DNA from: Vitrella brassicaformis CCMP3155
Taxonomy: Eukaryota; Protista; Chromerida
Length of the DNA: 64,000 bases
Direction of reading: 5' to 3'
NCBI GenBank assembly: GCA_001179505.1
Contig: CDMY01000221.1
Coordinates: 1-64,000, forward strand
A program made the translations under genes and the position numbers. Shown here in pieces: positions 61,001 to 64,000 of the stretch (its first letter is position 1; the number at the start of each line of letters is the position of its first letter). Under the pieces are notes generated by a model. The model saw only the letters and a list, made by a program, of their open reading frames with translations. It was not told the origin of the DNA and ran no database searches.

Positions 61001-62843
61001 AAGCCGAAGACGCTGATGGCTGGGTAGATCTCAGACCTGACGTCGGCAGCAAGGCGGTCAGCATGACCAAGACGCGATCTGAGCCGACCGTCCGTTTGTC
61101 GGCGGCCAGGCGGGGCGTGCTGGGCAAGAGTGGGTCGTCAGGTCTGCAGCAGCCGGCCGCCGGGGACGACGAGGCCGACGTGGACGACGGCAGTGGGCTG
61201 TTTGGCAAGGAGTTCGCCGGTGTGGAGGGCACGGCTGTGAGGGTGAGGGTGGTGCAGCTCGATGACTATGATCTCGATCATCCAACTGACGACGACGACG
61301 AGGGCGGGGTGGACACCTCCCTTCTCATGCGCAGCGGCACCTTCGGGGGCCCTCGCGTCAACGCCATGAGGCCACTCGCACACCATCGCGTCACCCGGGA
61401 CCCCTCGTGTGTCGTCTGGGAGTCCGCACATATGCCTGCACGCATCGACGTCACCGGCAGGAAACTCTCAGTATGCGAGCAGCACACACACACACACACA
61501 CAAGACCATACCCCTCCCGAACAACACAACACAAACACGCACACACATTTGCTGTCTCTCTATCGCTTTTACTTTCTCGCCAGCTGTCGGTCCGCGAGCC
61601 AGAGCTTGGTCCGTCGCTGCAGAGCACCTGGTTTGACAAGCTGTTCGCCGTGGGGTGGGTGTCCCAGGGGTTGCAGATGGAGCGACAAGGAGGGCGAGAT
61701 GCAGAGGGGGTTGGCGGTGGTGGCCAGCTGGGCCGGTACGTCATCCCCATGGGGGCGGTGGAGGCATGCGACAAAGGGCAGGACGGAGAGGAAGAGCAGG
61801 TGGACGAGTTTGGTGGTGGTGATGGGGATCATGATGATGCGACTGCTGTGGTGAGCGGGCAGAATGACAATTGCAGCGAGGGCACTTGGTGCGATGGATG
61901 AATGTCTGATTGTGTGTCTATCTATTGCTTCCCCCTCTCTCCCTCTCTCTCTCACGTCAGGTGCACGTATCGCTGGACTTCTTGTCTCGTCAGTTTGTGT
62001 TGCGCTGTGAGTTCGACCATCCCGACGACGCCACAGCATTCACCACGAGCGTCGACCGCGCCCTCCACCCCCACCAACACAACCATTGCCTCCCCCACCA
62101 GCCCCTCACCGACTCGCCCAACGGCGGCGACAGGACCTCACGCACACACACCACGGCAGCCTCGCTCGCCCTCGACAAGGACGAGGGCGATGGCTATGGC
62201 GACGAGGCCAGCAGACACAGGGAGGCGCGCGCGGACGACAAAGACACAGAGGTGGCGAAGGAGAAGGACAAAGAGAAGGAGGTGGAGCTGCTTCCCATGG
62301 TGGCCGACGAAACGGAGGTGCGCCACGCCGTCAAGAGGCTCGAAATCGCCGACTGGTCGCCTTTCAGGATCGCACGGTGAGAGAAGAAGGAGGCAGCAAG
62401 GCCCGTGTGACGACGACTTCCTTGCTGTGTGTGCTTGATTCAATTCATGCGTTGTGATGCGATGCATGCGATCTGCCAGGGCCGTGTTGAGCCGTGAGCA
62501 CCCGGTCCCCAACGCCTTCGGGGTCGACGTGAGCCTCAGCCGCGTGCAGCGCACCCTGTTATTCGCCGCGGACGTCATGGGCGGCTTCATGTTCGACGCT
62601 CTGTTCTTCACGGCGGCCCCTTCGCCCCTGGGAGTCAAGAGGGGGCAGATCAGTGGGGTGGGGGAGAAGTGGGGGGCCGGTGAGGAGGAGGGCGAGTTCG
62701 ACATTGTGCTGCTGGACTTCAACTTTGGCGACGAGAGCTCGCGGCTCAGGCTGACCTGGAAGGTGGTCGTGGCCACCGTCATGAGCCTCATACTTATGTG
62801 GTCAGTATGCAGCCCCTGAATGAGTCCATTGGTTGTCAATCAC

Positions 62844-62882
<39 letters not shown>

Positions 62883-64000
62883 TGTCCGTGTCGGTGTGTG
62901 TGTGTGTCTGTAGGCCGATAGAGCGCTTCTTCGACTGGCTGTTTGTGAAGGAGGTGCCGTTAGTCAAGCCCTCCAAGTACGGCGTCGCGAGCAAGGGCAA
63001 GGGCAAGGGCAAGAGCCGCAGCACCAAGCTCGACGCGGAGGAGGCCGAAGTTGAGGAGACCATCCTGTGGGGCATCGACCAGCAGCAGAAGACCCGTGGC
63101 TACAAGTTCTACCTCACCGAGGACGAGAAGGCCGCGTGGGTCCGCCGCACAAGGCGCAAGGAGTGGGTGGGTGTGTCGGTGGTGTCGCTCTTCATTGTGA
63201 TAGCGCTGTTCTACCAGCTCATGTTTGCGGCCCTGCTGGGTGAGAATCTGCAGAACGTGTACGACTTTGTGGCGTCCAACGGGCTGGCTGTCCTGGAGGA
63301 GCTCATCCTCTGGCCCCTGCTCGTCTCCCTCGTCACCATACTCATCGTCACGTACGCAACGAAGCACCTTCACTCCGCGGGCCTTCGCCGCACTCTCTTT
63401 CTGTGTCCGCACTCTCTTTCTGTGTGTGTGTTTGTGTGGCTGTGTGTGTGCAGCATTGCTCGCCACACGAGAGCATTTGACTGCTGCCTGCGTCTGTGCC
63501 CCCGGATGACCGACTTCAGCAGAGCGATCGCCAGCGATGAGGTGGGTGGGTGGGGGGACATACACATGTATTGGGGCACACACACACCGACACACAGCAC
63601 AGGTAGATGAATGGCGCCAAGATCGATCTCTCTCTCTCTCTCCCTGTGTGTGTGTGTGTGTGTGTGTGTTGTGATGTGTGCATGCAGGCCGAGTTGTTTT
63701 ACCTGCAGGAGGCCGACGCCGAGCGGATCGTCAAGAACCCCGGCGAGCTGCGCAGCTACACCACCATGAAGGACAAACACAGCAGCAACACCAAGGCCAA
63801 GACCAAGACCAAGACCGCCAAACACAGCAGCACCAGCAGCACCACCAGCACCAGCAAAAGCAGCGGGAAGGGTGAAGGCATCGGCAGGCGGATCCACAGC
63901 AGGCAGACGACAGTCGGGTCCATCCACTCATCGACCACACACTCGCACACCCACACACATACACATACACTGACGCTGTCTGGGGGCTCCTCGGCCGATG
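49052..64000 (+). CDS. Giant polycystin-1/REJ-like receptor: signal peptide, 10 bacterial-type Ig repeats, Cys-rich region, REJ, GAIN/GPS, multiple TMs; 3' end beyond the window
   Basis: ATG 49052 MVRQGARAVLLVGCVALLLSCAG. Repeats D-x-V-x-P...F(S/T)EP...D-x-AGN. REJ-like VVENFLGWQT and PHLVIEGPA...YAWSC. GPS CAFWDEEGGRWSSEGC...CDCTHLTDF (~59119-59232). TM1 LGVWTVFAITLILLALII. PKD1-like REHP...LSRVQRTLL...MFDALFF, and further TMs at ~62760-63360. The frame is still open at 64000. Confidence 0.88.
49423..53831 (+). repeat. Array of ten Ig-like (Big-type) coding repeats, each delimited by phase-1 introns
   Basis: Single-exon units 49423-49773, 50893-51258, 51322-51675, 51759-52124, 52238-52636, 52716-53009, 53094-53423, 53514-53831. 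Two units each have one extra internal intron (49869-50300, 50372-50791). Confidence 0.85.

Noticed and set aside
704-63970. Numerous long antisense or alternate-frame ORFs and CVCVCV/THTHTH/DRQTDRQ-rich ORFs in the track
   Set aside because: These are shadows of GC-rich codon usage or translations of intronic microsatellites, with no independent motifs.

Overview
Eukaryotic, GC-rich, intron-dense genomic DNA. Short GT-AG introns full of (TG)n, (CA)n and (GACA)n repeats, plus bipartite plastid-targeting leaders, fit the chromerid alveolate Vitrella brassicaformis best (inference). About 12-13 spliced genes are supported: a lineage-specific hypothetical protein, a DUF2993-like protein, an R3H/RRM (R3HCC1-like) protein, two head-to-head paralogous secreted ankyrin + Cys-module proteins, a PX-BAR sorting nexin, a thioredoxin, an ADP-ribosylglycohydrolase (crystallin J1/SelJ-like) with two compensating frameshifts in exon 1, hypothetical gene(s), a plastid-targeted FKBP, an RWD-RING ligase and a >15 kb polycystin-1-like receptor gene running off the right end. 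There is also a gag-bearing LTR retrotransposon fragment and three 300-N placeholder gaps. Top leads: (1) the receptor with ten bacterial-type Ig repeats, each bounded by phase-1 introns, fused to REJ-GAIN/GPS-multi-TM; (2) the divergent secreted ankyrin paralog pair with an unrecognised KxIGGMxC module and an EYERxGH repeat; (3) a TGAAACCGCT(CT) motif recurring just upstream of start codons; (4) complementary 5'/3' intron repeats; (5) the double frameshift/UGA in the SelJ-like gene. Exon boundaries were read by eye, and family calls come from motif recognition, not database searches.
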